Source: a virus (lineage: Duplodnaviria > Caudoviricetes). Taken from it: DNA of 34,689 nt. Both the position numbers and the translations under genes were made by a program. Below the pieces are notes generated by a model that was not told where the DNA came from, ran no database searches, and was given only the letters and a program-made list of their open reading frames with translations. Below are positions 1-7,346 of this stretch, piece after piece (within the stretch, counting starts at the first letter, position 1; every line of letters begins with the position of its first letter). Location: the IMG/VR virus record IMGVR_UViG_3300024520_000266, positions 1 through 34,689 of that record. One strand, 5' to 3'.

Positions 1-2
1 TT

Positions 3-338
3 CGCAAGCCTCTCTAACCTGACGAGACGATCCTGAATTTCGGCAAATAACTTGCGGTCTATTTCTTCTCGGGCATCGTCCATTTTCATTCGCTCAGCGA
101 TGAGCTGGATTGCTGTTGCGTTGCTCGTACTGCTTGCCTCGTATGAGGCGGCACTGACGCGGACCAGCACCTTGAGTTCGGAAACCTCCATCGATAGGTG
201 GGTCACATCAGACGACAACACTGCCGCCCGCCAGACTCCGGTAATTGTGGCCGCTAGGATCACGCCGACCAGAGCGATGCTGATCGCGGTCTGCTGGGTC
301 AATATCCGTTTCTCAGGCGTGTCGGTTCGAGCTGTCAT
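3..338 (-). CDS. membrane-anchored coiled-coil protein, truncated by the window edge (holin/spanin-like position)
   Basis: Not in the ORF track. Read manually from ATG at 338: MTARTDTPEKRILTQQTAISIALVGVILAATITGVWRAAV...DRLVRLERLA, open to the edge. One N-terminal TM helix then heptad-like sequence; starts just after the stop of the 340-531 gene. Confidence 0.7.
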   Translation of the reverse strand, partial: MTARTDTPEKRILTQQTAISIALVGVILAATITGVWRAAVLSSDVTHLSMEVSELKVLVRVSAASYEASSTSNATAIQLIAERMKMDDAREEIDRKLFAEIQDRLVRLERLA

Positions 339-339
339 G

Positions 340-531
340 TTAGTGCTTTCGCCGTATCTTCCAGATCCGGTAAATCGTCACCACAGCCCCTACGCAAGCG
401 ATGCCGACGCCCGACTTGACCACCTCGTCCATGTCGGACCAATCGCCCGCCATGCACCACATCGGAGCGACAGCGAAGATGAACACCAACACGAGTTCTC
501 TAAGGTCATTCTTTGCGGGCGCGTCCGTCAT
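340..531 (-). CDS. small two-TM membrane protein, putative holin
   Basis: 63 aa with two hydrophobic segments and a basic C-terminal tail (RIWKIRRKH); ATGA overlap with the upstream gene. Confidence 0.6.
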   Translation of the reverse strand: MTDAPAKNDLRELVLVFIFAVAPMWCMAGDWSDMDEVVKSGVGIACVGAVVTIYRIWKIRRKH

Positions 532-1526
532 GTCGAAACCCCCGGAAGTTGCGAATATAACAATGCGAACAATTGGTCGTCGACCTGCGGGAACGCTCGG
601 CGAAGGGTCGCGCGGTCGGCTTGCTTACCGTCCGCACCGAATGGGGCGAGCGGGTTGTCTGGCAGTTCGACGTCGACCAGCGCGAACGTGTTATGTTTGG
701 AATCGTTCCACATCCGTCGCGAGTCCTTCAGTCGGCCGTTGACGCCTCGGTCTTTATCGTAAGAGTCCAGATATTCGGCGTATGGCGTTTTGCCGTCGAA
801 AACCAAATCGCTGTACTGGATCGAATGACCGGCACGACCCGTGAGAATCGGCAAGCGGTGAAGCATAGCCGAGGCGATTTCCTCGTCCGAGTCAAGGGCG
901 ATCCATTCCCGCGTTCGGATGTGGGCCGCCGTGATTTCCCATCCGTTGGGCAAGTCACGAGGCCCGGCGTGCGGGCTGTTCTGGTGGAAATGATGGCGGG
1001 CGAGAAGCAAGGTTCGATTGTGGCATTCTGTCAGCCCTGGGGCGGTTGACTTGTCTGACGACGACTCCGGCAATTGGCCCACGTCCATCGAATGCTGCAT
1101 GACCTTCGCCATGTAGTCGCCTGCCCGAAATCCGCGCCCTCGGGCTGCGTAGCTCGACATCGGCGAAGCCTTGATCAGGAACCCGCGACCAAACTCGCGG
1201 CAATAGTGATAACGGCGGCACGCTTCGACGGCATTATGGACGCACGACGATTGCGGGGCTTGGTCGTTCCACGGGTCGGCATACAGCCAGCCGGGACGGT
1301 CTGGCGGGAGTCCATACGATTCGAGCATCGGACCCAGTATCTTTTCCTGCTCGCGCTTGGCGTCTCGCCATTCGGACGACTCAAACAGTTTGAGCGTTGA
1401 CGGCCAGCCACGCGACGCGCCAAATGCTCGGTCCTCGTCCGTCTCGATAAAGCCGACGGTTCCGTCCGTGTAGGTCAGATCCACGTCGATGAATCGCGGG
1501 TCAAAGTCGTTCGGAATCGTGGTCAT
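528..1526 (-). CDS. papain-fold (C1-like) cysteine peptidase
   Basis: DQAPQSSCVHNA resembles the papain Q...SC motif; GHSIQY supplies the His; LDSY stands in place of NSW. Confidence 0.65.
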   Translation of the reverse strand: MTTIPNDFDPRFIDVDLTYTDGTVGFIETDEDRAFGASRGWPSTLKLFESSEWRDAKREQEKILGPMLESYGLPPDRPGWLYADPWNDQAPQSSCVHNAVEACRRYHYCREFGRGFLIKASPMSSYAARGRGFRAGDYMAKVMQHSMDVGQLPESSSDKSTAPGLTECHNRTLLLARHHFHQNSPHAGPRDLPNGWEITAAHIRTREWIALDSDEEIASAMLHRLPILTGRAGHSIQYSDLVFDGKTPYAEYLDSYDKDRGVNGRLKDSRRMWNDSKHNTFALVDVELPDNPLAPFGADGKQADRATLRRAFPQVDDQLFALLYSQLPGVST

Positions 1527-2215
1527 GGCTTGCGGACCTCCGCGACGATTGCGTCGGACGTGGAAGGCATCGGGAGTGCGCGGGCGACGCTAGTGCCGTC
1601 CAGAAGGACCAACGCGGGCAAGCCTATTTCTGCGGCCCTCTCAACAGCCAGCTCAAGAAAGGCCGGCGGCGTTGACCCTTCGCCGGCGGCCATGAAAAAA
1701 ACACTCTCACCGTCCTTCCGAAGTTGGCCGGTTGCGGCCTCGCCAGCAAGCGGAGGCCCGCTTGCCTTGTCGTACACAATGACAGCCGTCTTGACGCCCG
1801 GTGCGGGCTTCTCTGGATCTTTGACCGGGTCGACGGGAACGGTCCCAGTAACGGTCAATTGGGTGACGCTGGTCTTCTTGTCGAACACAACCTTGCTGTC
1901 TTCGGCCTTGGCCAGGAAGACTTCGAGTTCGATTTCATAGGTGCCGGGAGGCGCCCAAACGTGCAGCGTTCGTCCGTTATTGACCTCCCGACCCTTGGCC
2001 GGTCGCTCGACGTCCCAGTCAAACAGGGCGGACCATCCGTCCGGGATTTCGACGTCCGCTTCGATCACGATGGGCTCGAACGTGGCGGCCTCGATTCGGC
2101 CAGCGAGTGCGGCGGACTTGAGAGGGCGGGCATCTTGATTCGCCCACAGAAACGGGGCGACGAAGACCGTGCCAGCAAGCAACAAGCCGACCGATGTGCG
2201 TGGTTCGCATCGCAT
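1523..2215 (-). CDS. exported/membrane-anchored protein: beta-rich (PKD/Ig-like) domain, Pro-rich linker, thioredoxin-like-fold C-terminus
   Basis: Hydrophobic N-terminus; HVWAPPGTYEIEL beta motif; PVDPVKDPEKP linker; GLPALVLLDG end; ATGA-coupled to the peptidase gene. Confidence 0.55.
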   Translation of the reverse strand: MRCEPRTSVGLLLAGTVFVAPFLWANQDARPLKSAALAGRIEAATFEPIVIEADVEIPDGWSALFDWDVERPAKGREVNNGRTLHVWAPPGTYEIELEVFLAKAEDSKVVFDKKTSVTQLTVTGTVPVDPVKDPEKPAPGVKTAVIVYDKASGPPLAGEAATGQLRKDGESVFFMAAGEGSTPPAFLELAVERAAEIGLPALVLLDGTSVARALPMPSTSDAIVAEVRKP

Positions 2216-2219
2216 GGTC

Positions 2220-2525
2220 CTACCCGCCTTCCCGCATCAGCCCATCATCGTCAACGAAGAACCCGTCGATGGCGTCGTGGATAGCGGCTAGCGCTTGCTT
2301 CTCCAGTCGCTTTTCGATGAACTCGGGAATCCAAGGGATGTCGTAAGGCACAACCGTTGATTCCCAGACCGAGTCGACGCATTGCGTCACGAGGTCGGCG
2401 TCAACGCCCTCTCGCAACGCTTCGAGAACGGTTTGCAGCATGTTTGACGCCTTCGCCATCGGATCGCTTGTCGTTCGATCCTCGATAGATGCCGCCATTG
2501 CGGCTTGTAGTTTCTCGCGTGTCAT
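2220..2525 (-). CDS. hypothetical protein
   Basis: 101-aa ORF with GGAG RBS (GGAGCGAACCAAATG), tightly packed in the operon. Confidence 0.75.
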   Translation of the reverse strand: MTREKLQAAMAASIEDRTTSDPMAKASNMLQTVLEALREGVDADLVTQCVDSVWESTVVPYDIPWIPEFIEKRLEKQALAAIHDAIDGFFVDDDGLMREGG

Positions 2526-2611
2526 TTGGTTCGCTCCGATAGTGGGCCGGAAGGGTCGGGGCCCGTGCGCGACTGGCCTGCGGTCGCGTGGGCTGCCGCG
2601 TGTGCGGCGTG

Positions 2612-3283
2612 TTATGGGTAGCCGAGCCAGCTTTCACGGACTGCGGGCGGGGCCGACGGTGGCGGCGTGGCGGCAATTATCGACTCTCGGACTTCGGAAA
2701 CCTCCGCGACCCATCCCCCGGTTTTTGTCTTCTGGATCTTATCAATCTTGAATTTTGTGTCTCTGGGAAATAGAACCTCAGATTCTCCGGGATTATTCGA
2801 GATGTTAGAAATGTCAACGCCGGTTTTGCCTTCGATTCTCATTACAAGCGAATCGGGAACGACTGCCTTGTCTACGAACGCCGCCCGCGTTGTCAGGTCT
2901 GGCTTCTTTCTCGATGACGAAAATGCGGAATCTGAAATCACTCCGCCGACTTTCAGGTTTGACACCATATCAGGCGGAACCGACCCGATTGTCCGAAATG
3001 ACGACCCGTCGAACTTTGGGGCGCGATCTAGGGCGTCGTCCATCGCTGATACAATTTTGTCCGTGCTCGCGGATGTTTCTTTGCTCCGAAGTTCACTGTT
3101 TATTGTCTGAAATTGATCGCCCGAGTAATCCTGAATGGAGTTCGTCTGTGTCTTTGTTAGCTTTCTTGGTTTCGGTGACGAACCGCCCCCTCCACCCTTC
3201 GCACAAGTGTTGCCCGACTTGAACCCGCCTTCGCCCGTTCCGCAATCCTCGCCTACGGCGACCGCCGTTTTTTTAGGATGTGC
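2612..3283 (-). CDS. ADP-ribosyltransferase domain (VIP2/Alt-like, R-S-ExE class), in frame with the portal beyond a single UGA
   Basis: Frame is open from 3283 to 2612: AHPKKTAVAVGEDCGTGEGGFKSGNTCAKG...LTKTQTNSIQDYSGDQFQTINSELR...SFRTIG...AFSSS...GESEVLFPRDTKFKI. The first in-frame ATG/GTG/TTG (3043) lies inside the domain. Confidence 0.8.
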   Translation of the reverse strand, partial: AHPKKTAVAVGEDCGTGEGGFKSGNTCAKGGGGGSSPKPRKLTKTQTNSIQDYSGDQFQTINSELRSKETSASTDKIVSAMDDALDRAPKFDGSSFRTIGSVPPDMVSNLKVGGVISDSAFSSSRKKPDLTTRAAFVDKAVVPDSLVMRIEGKTGVDISNISNNPGESEVLFPRDTKFKIDKIQKTKTGGWVAEVSEVRESIIAATPPPSAPPAVRESWLGYP

Positions 3284-5119
3284 TCAAAGGTGCATCTCTA
3301 AGAATGACTCTTCCACTTCTGCCGGGGGCTCGCGGCCAACCTGGCCTACGCCTGTCAGTTCTCGGGCCTCGTCCATCGGGATTTTTAGGAACATGGCCAG
3401 CGCTTGGGCTCCCTGCTCAGGTGTCATGGAGCCGTCTCGGATGGCGTCGAGCACGGTGACGGTTCCGGTCATGCCGCCGACCTTGTCAGTCAGCCCGCCA
3501 CCACCGGCTTGACTTGGCGCCTTCCCGCCCGCGCCCGGCTGGCCCGTCGCGAACGGAGACGCGCCGGTCGGCTTCGCGCCCTTCCGTTGCTCTTCGGCCA
3601 GCTCGCGGCCAACCTCGGCGGCCCATGTATCAAGCGACAAGATCCCAGCGGCGTGCTCGCCTTGCTTGATCGTGTGATCCTCGGCGCGATTCCTGACGGC
3701 TACTTCCGGCGTGTCGACGGTGAGCTGAACGCGCCGCTTGATCTTGGACAGCGAGACGTTGCCAAACAGTCCTGTCCGCTTGGCGACGATGCCAACGGCC
3801 TTCCATTTTATTTCGCGGTATTTGCGAGAGTACACAGACTGCCGGGCTTCGGTCGCCTTCGTGAACGGCGCCTCGGCAACCAGCGTGGAGGCGAAGTTGC
3901 CATTTGACGCATCGCCGCTGATCATGTATTCGGGCATCGCCCAACGGATGCCAACCATTCGCATGGCGGCTTGGACGACCTCGACGAATCGCGGACCGTT
4001 GGGCGAACCCATCGGGCCCGCCTGATACTTGGTTCCGGCGGTCACGTCGTGGATTTCGCCGGGTTTGGCGTTGCGGATGTTCCGGGTGTTCTGGCCGCCT
4101 CGGTCGGTCGTCTCGGTGATGGTCTTGGTTGCTGCTCCGACGACCATGTCCGAGATGGCGTCGGAGGTCGTCCCCATTGCATGCTCGCGGATGTATGCGA
4201 TAGCGGCTTGGCCTGCGGCTCCCTCAAGCGTGTTGCCCAATAGCTTCTCGCCACGGGTTAGGTTGCCGTGAACGGCGTAATAGTCCGACAATCCGCGTTT
4301 CACTTCGGGCGCGACGTTGAGCTTCAGGTGGACCATTGATTCGGGCGGTATGACATTCCAGTCGTTCGCGTCGCCGTTCCATTCTGCGAAGTAGGCGTGG
4401 ACGCGGGTTGGGTCGCCTTGGTCCGCCGCGACGCCATACTTCCATTCGAGCCCGGTTGGCAATCCAGCGTATTCCTCGACGCCTTGCCGGTTGTCGGGCT
4501 CGGTGATGAAGCAGGGATCGACTTGGCGTAAGCTGACATTGGAGCCGCCGCGATGAGTCAGGCAGGCGAAGAACTCGCCATCCTGGCGCGACCGTTCGAA
4601 CAACGACCGCTCGCCGTCTTCCGCGAATCCGTTGGCCTCGTCGAAGTTGTCGCTGATCCGCTGGCAGAGTTCGGCCCACTTGCGGGCCTCGGTGTCGTCC
4701 TCATCCTTGGCCGCGAACGAATAGCCGAACCCGTCGCCAATCGTGTAGTTGGTCAGATTCTCAAGGGCGGCGAGCGCGACTTCGGACCGCGACGCGACGA
4801 GTCGGGCTTGACCGATGATCGTTCTGTGCTCGGCCTCGGATTGCCAAAACGGGAAGTTGTCGCCGAAGCGTCGGTCGGTCGGGCGGGCGATCCCAGTGGC
4901 GACTGAGTCACCAAAGTAACTCATGCCCGCGCCGTCTCGGAATGGTTCGTCGATTGGGACTTCATCGCCCCAGCCTTCGCGAACGCGCCGACCACCAACG
5001 AATGACTCAGCCATTTTCATCGCGTGCGTTTGGGCCTTGAGCGTCGCGAGGTCGCTTTCCAGTTTCGCAGCCTCGACAAGTTCGCGGAGTCGGTCCAGAT
5101 CAAGGGCGGCGGTTGTCAT
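3284..5119 (-). CDS. portal protein
   Basis: 611 aa, downstream of the large terminase; QDGEFF and ISGDASNGNFAST motifs typical of portals; low-complexity C-terminal tail. Confidence 0.85.
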   Translation of the reverse strand: MTTAALDLDRLRELVEAAKLESDLATLKAQTHAMKMAESFVGGRRVREGWGDEVPIDEPFRDGAGMSYFGDSVATGIARPTDRRFGDNFPFWQSEAEHRTIIGQARLVASRSEVALAALENLTNYTIGDGFGYSFAAKDEDDTEARKWAELCQRISDNFDEANGFAEDGERSLFERSRQDGEFFACLTHRGGSNVSLRQVDPCFITEPDNRQGVEEYAGLPTGLEWKYGVAADQGDPTRVHAYFAEWNGDANDWNVIPPESMVHLKLNVAPEVKRGLSDYYAVHGNLTRGEKLLGNTLEGAAGQAAIAYIREHAMGTTSDAISDMVVGAATKTITETTDRGGQNTRNIRNAKPGEIHDVTAGTKYQAGPMGSPNGPRFVEVVQAAMRMVGIRWAMPEYMISGDASNGNFASTLVAEAPFTKATEARQSVYSRKYREIKWKAVGIVAKRTGLFGNVSLSKIKRRVQLTVDTPEVAVRNRAEDHTIKQGEHAAGILSLDTWAAEVGRELAEEQRKGAKPTGASPFATGQPGAGGKAPSQAGGGGLTDKVGGMTGTVTVLDAIRDGSMTPEQGAQALAMFLKIPMDEARELTGVGQVGREPPAEVEESFLEMHL

Positions 5120-5144
5120 TTAAGCGCGCTCCGAAGACAAAATG

Positions 5145-5178
5145 GAAGCGGCCCCAGCTATGGGACCAGGGCCGCTTC
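5145..5178 (-). other. GC-rich hairpin in the portal leader
   Basis: GAAGCGGCCC (5145-5154) pairs with GGGCCGCTTC (5169-5178); followed on the minus strand by CATTTTGT. Confidence 0.55.
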
Positions 5179-5199
5179 GGAAACCTCCGACCAGCACAA

Positions 5200-5229
5200 A
5201 GGGTGGTTCGTCGGTTCGCTGTTTGTCAA
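5200..5229 (-). promoter_or_regulatory. putative late promoter TTGACA-N18-CACCCT upstream of the portal
   Basis: Minus strand TTGACA aacagcgaaccgacgaac CACCCT; same architecture as the element at 10028-10057. Confidence 0.55.
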
Positions 5230-5390
5230 GCGTCGCCGTCTTTTGGCGGAATCGAGATTCTCACATACTTAACGACTGACCAGCGAGAGACGCCCGTCAG
5301 TCGGGCTATTTCACTGAGCGATTTTCCCTGAGCTTTGAGCCTCCGAATCGTCTTGACGAGGTGTTCGGGTATCGGTCGGCCTGAGGTCAT
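5226..5390 (-). CDS. small helix-turn-helix DNA-binding protein (54 aa)
   Basis: Below the ORF-track cutoff. Manual translation MTSGRPIPEHLVKTIRRLKAQGKSLSEIARLTGVSRWSVVKYVRISIPPKDGDA; resolvase-type HTH pattern; GAAGGGGG RBS. Confidence 0.75.
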   Translation of the reverse strand: MTSGRPIPEHLVKTIRRLKAQGKSLSEIARLTGVSRWSVVKYVRISIPPKDGDA

Positions 5391-5733
5391 CGTCGCCCCC
5401 TTCGTTGAGTTGCGGATTCTGGGCCGCGTGAAGTTTGTTCTGTAGGTCCATTGCTAACTCGACCGCAAGGTCAACAGGGCCAGCGTCGTCCAAGTCGGTC
5501 GACCATCCCGAGCGAATCAGCGCGACGAGTATTTGACGCGCCGACCGTTCGACCCTCGATTCGCCTCCTAAGCAAATGGGCTTGATGGCGCCGGGCGACT
5601 GGTGGACGATCCAGTGCGGGTCGGCAATCGGCCCGGACAGATACGTCGGCGCTTCGAGTTGCATCGAGTTCGGGTTGATTATCGAGGACGCGCCGCCTTG
5701 CAATCCGTTGTAGCCTTTGGGGTTTCCGCCCAT
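5311..5733 (-). CDS. hypothetical protein
   Basis: 140-aa ORF with GGAGCGAACCAAATG start context; 3' end overlaps the HTH gene. Confidence 0.65.
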   Translation of the reverse strand: MGGNPKGYNGLQGGASSIINPNSMQLEAPTYLSGPIADPHWIVHQSPGAIKPICLGGESRVERSARQILVALIRSGWSTDLDDAGPVDLAVELAMDLQNKLHAAQNPQLNEGGDDDLRPTDTRTPRQDDSEAQSSGKIAQ

Positions 5734-5744
5734 TTGGTTCGCTC

Positions 5745-5966
5745 CTAATCGGGTTTTGCGTACTTAGTCGGGGCGTGCTTGTGCCCTTTCGGTTTATCGA
5801 GCTGCTCCGACGAGGCCAGCCCGCTCAGTCGTTCATAGCACCTATCGCACCAAGCGACGGCAGACGTAGCGCGGCCTGTCATCGGCGACCTTGAATAGCC
5901 GGGGTTGGTTCTGCCGCATTCATGGCACGACTTGGGCTTCGGGTGTTCGGTGGGGTTCCATCCCAT
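5745..5966 (-). CDS. small Zn-finger-like protein
   Basis: 73 aa with CHEC...CDRC; fills the gap after terL. Confidence 0.6.
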   Translation of the reverse strand: MGWNPTEHPKPKSCHECGRTNPGYSRSPMTGRATSAVAWCDRCYERLSGLASSEQLDKPKGHKHAPTKYAKPD

Positions 5967-5978
5967 CGTGGGCGGGCC

Positions 5979-7346
5979 TCATTGGTGTTGAGCCAAGTGA
6001 TTCAAAAGCCGATGGGCCATTTCGAGCGCGTCGGGTCCGTCATCATGGTCGGCCTGGGGGAATCCTTTCAGTTGCTTGACTAGCAAGTGAGTCGAAGCGT
6101 TCGCCCGAAAGCGGAACGCGTGACGCCCAAGATACGGGCCAAGGCGGGCAATCCGCAAGCCTTTGTTGATGTTGTTGTTGAGCAACGCCAGAGGCAACGG
6201 GGCCCCGCCCCGGGTGCGGATCTTATTTTCGATGATCGGCGCGAGCAGGTCTTGGAACGCGTTGGACTCGATGCCGACGCGGTCACTCGGGTGCGTATCG
6301 CAGAACCCGATCAGGTTGTCCGTCAATTGATCCGCTGGCCAACGGCCGAGAAGCGAGTCGACCCAGAGCAAGCCCCGCGCGAGGCCAAGAAACACTATCG
6401 CCGCGTAGTCGCTCCGGGTGTTCGCGCCCTTGGACGGGTCTAGCGCGATGGCCGAGAACTCGAATCGGTCGGGCCATTCGATGCCGTCGCACCAAAACGG
6501 GTCTTGGAAGTAATCGTCGGGCCATTCGCTTCGACCGTACTGGGTTGGCCGCCCCTGGTACAACGCGTTCCACCAATAGTCCTCAGTCAGCGACTTCTTC
6601 TGCAGCAACGATTCGATGGGCCAGCGGTCGGGCCAGAGCGCCTCGCCGGGCTCGCGGCCAAGGATGTCGTCCGCTTCTGCGATGGCGGGGAAGCTGAGCC
6701 GCTTGACTTTCATGCCGTCGAGTTCGTTGGCTTCGGCCGCCTCAAGCACTCGCCCGATCAAGTCTTCTTCGTGCCATCGGGTCATCATCAGCACACAGAC
6801 GCCGCCCGGTTCGAGACGCGAGAACGCCGTCGACTGGAACCACTCCCACTGCTTCTCCCGTTGGGCCTCGCTGACCGCCATCTCGGCGTTCTTGATCGGG
6901 TCGTCGATGACCAGCAGGTTGGCCCCGCGTCCGGTCAACGGACCGCCAACGCCCGCCGTGACCATCCCGCCGCCATGCTCGGCAACCTCCCAATCGGACG
7001 CCGCCGAGACGTTCGGGTTGACGCCAGGGACGTCGAACCAGTTGGCCCGCTCGATCAGCAGGTCGCGGCATCGGCGTCCGAACTGGGACGCCAGAGCGTC
7101 GGCGTAGGACGTGAGAATCACCCGCTTCGTCGGCCACTTGCCCAGGTACCATGTCGGGAGGTACTTGGAAATCAGCTCGGACTTGCCGTGCCTTGGCGGG
7201 GCCTCGATGACGAGGATGTTGTGATCGGTGTGGCCCATCGCGAGCGTGGTCAGTTCGTCGTCGATCACAAGCAGATGGGGCGCGGCGTGCCACTCGGGCA
7301 ACTGCTCTGGCTCACCCGGTCGGCTAATCGGGATCGACGCCTCCAT
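5979..7346 (-). CDS. terL: terminase large subunit
   Basis: Walker A EAPPRHGKS, GVGGPLTGRGA, Walker B LLVIDDP, MTRWHEED, nuclease ALDPS and DDGPD. Start at 7346 (MEASIP) preferred over 7562, which overlaps terS extensively. Confidence 0.93.
   Translation of the reverse strand: MEASIPISRPGEPEQLPEWHAAPHLLVIDDELTTLAMGHTDHNILVIEAPPRHGKSELISKYLPTWYLGKWPTKRVILTSYADALASQFGRRCRDLLIERANWFDVPGVNPNVSAASDWEVAEHGGGMVTAGVGGPLTGRGANLLVIDDPIKNAEMAVSEAQREKQWEWFQSTAFSRLEPGGVCVLMMTRWHEEDLIGRVLEAAEANELDGMKVKRLSFPAIAEADDILGREPGEALWPDRWPIESLLQKKSLTEDYWWNALYQGRPTQYGRSEWPDDYFQDPFWCDGIEWPDRFEFSAIALDPSKGANTRSDYAAIVFLGLARGLLWVDSLLGRWPADQLTDNLIGFCDTHPSDRVGIESNAFQDLLAPIIENKIRTRGGAPLPLALLNNNINKGLRIARLGPYLGRHAFRFRANASTHLLVKQLKGFPQADHDDGPDALEMAHRLLNHLAQHQ

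Noticed and set aside
2612-3043. ART as a standalone 143-aa protein starting at ATG 3043
   Set aside because: It would lack the N-terminal Y...IN..LR helix of the domain, and no SD precedes this ATG.
3268-3274. A7 run as a -1 frameshift entry into the ART frame
   Set aside because: The frame that would have to slip has a TAG at 3298-3300 and no start codon before the run.
3284-3286. Genome-wide UGA reassignment as an explanation of the portal-ART junction
   Set aside because: Many genes end in TGA within ATGA overlaps (528-531, 1523-1526, 10895-10898, 12056-12059), so UGA is a normal stop here.
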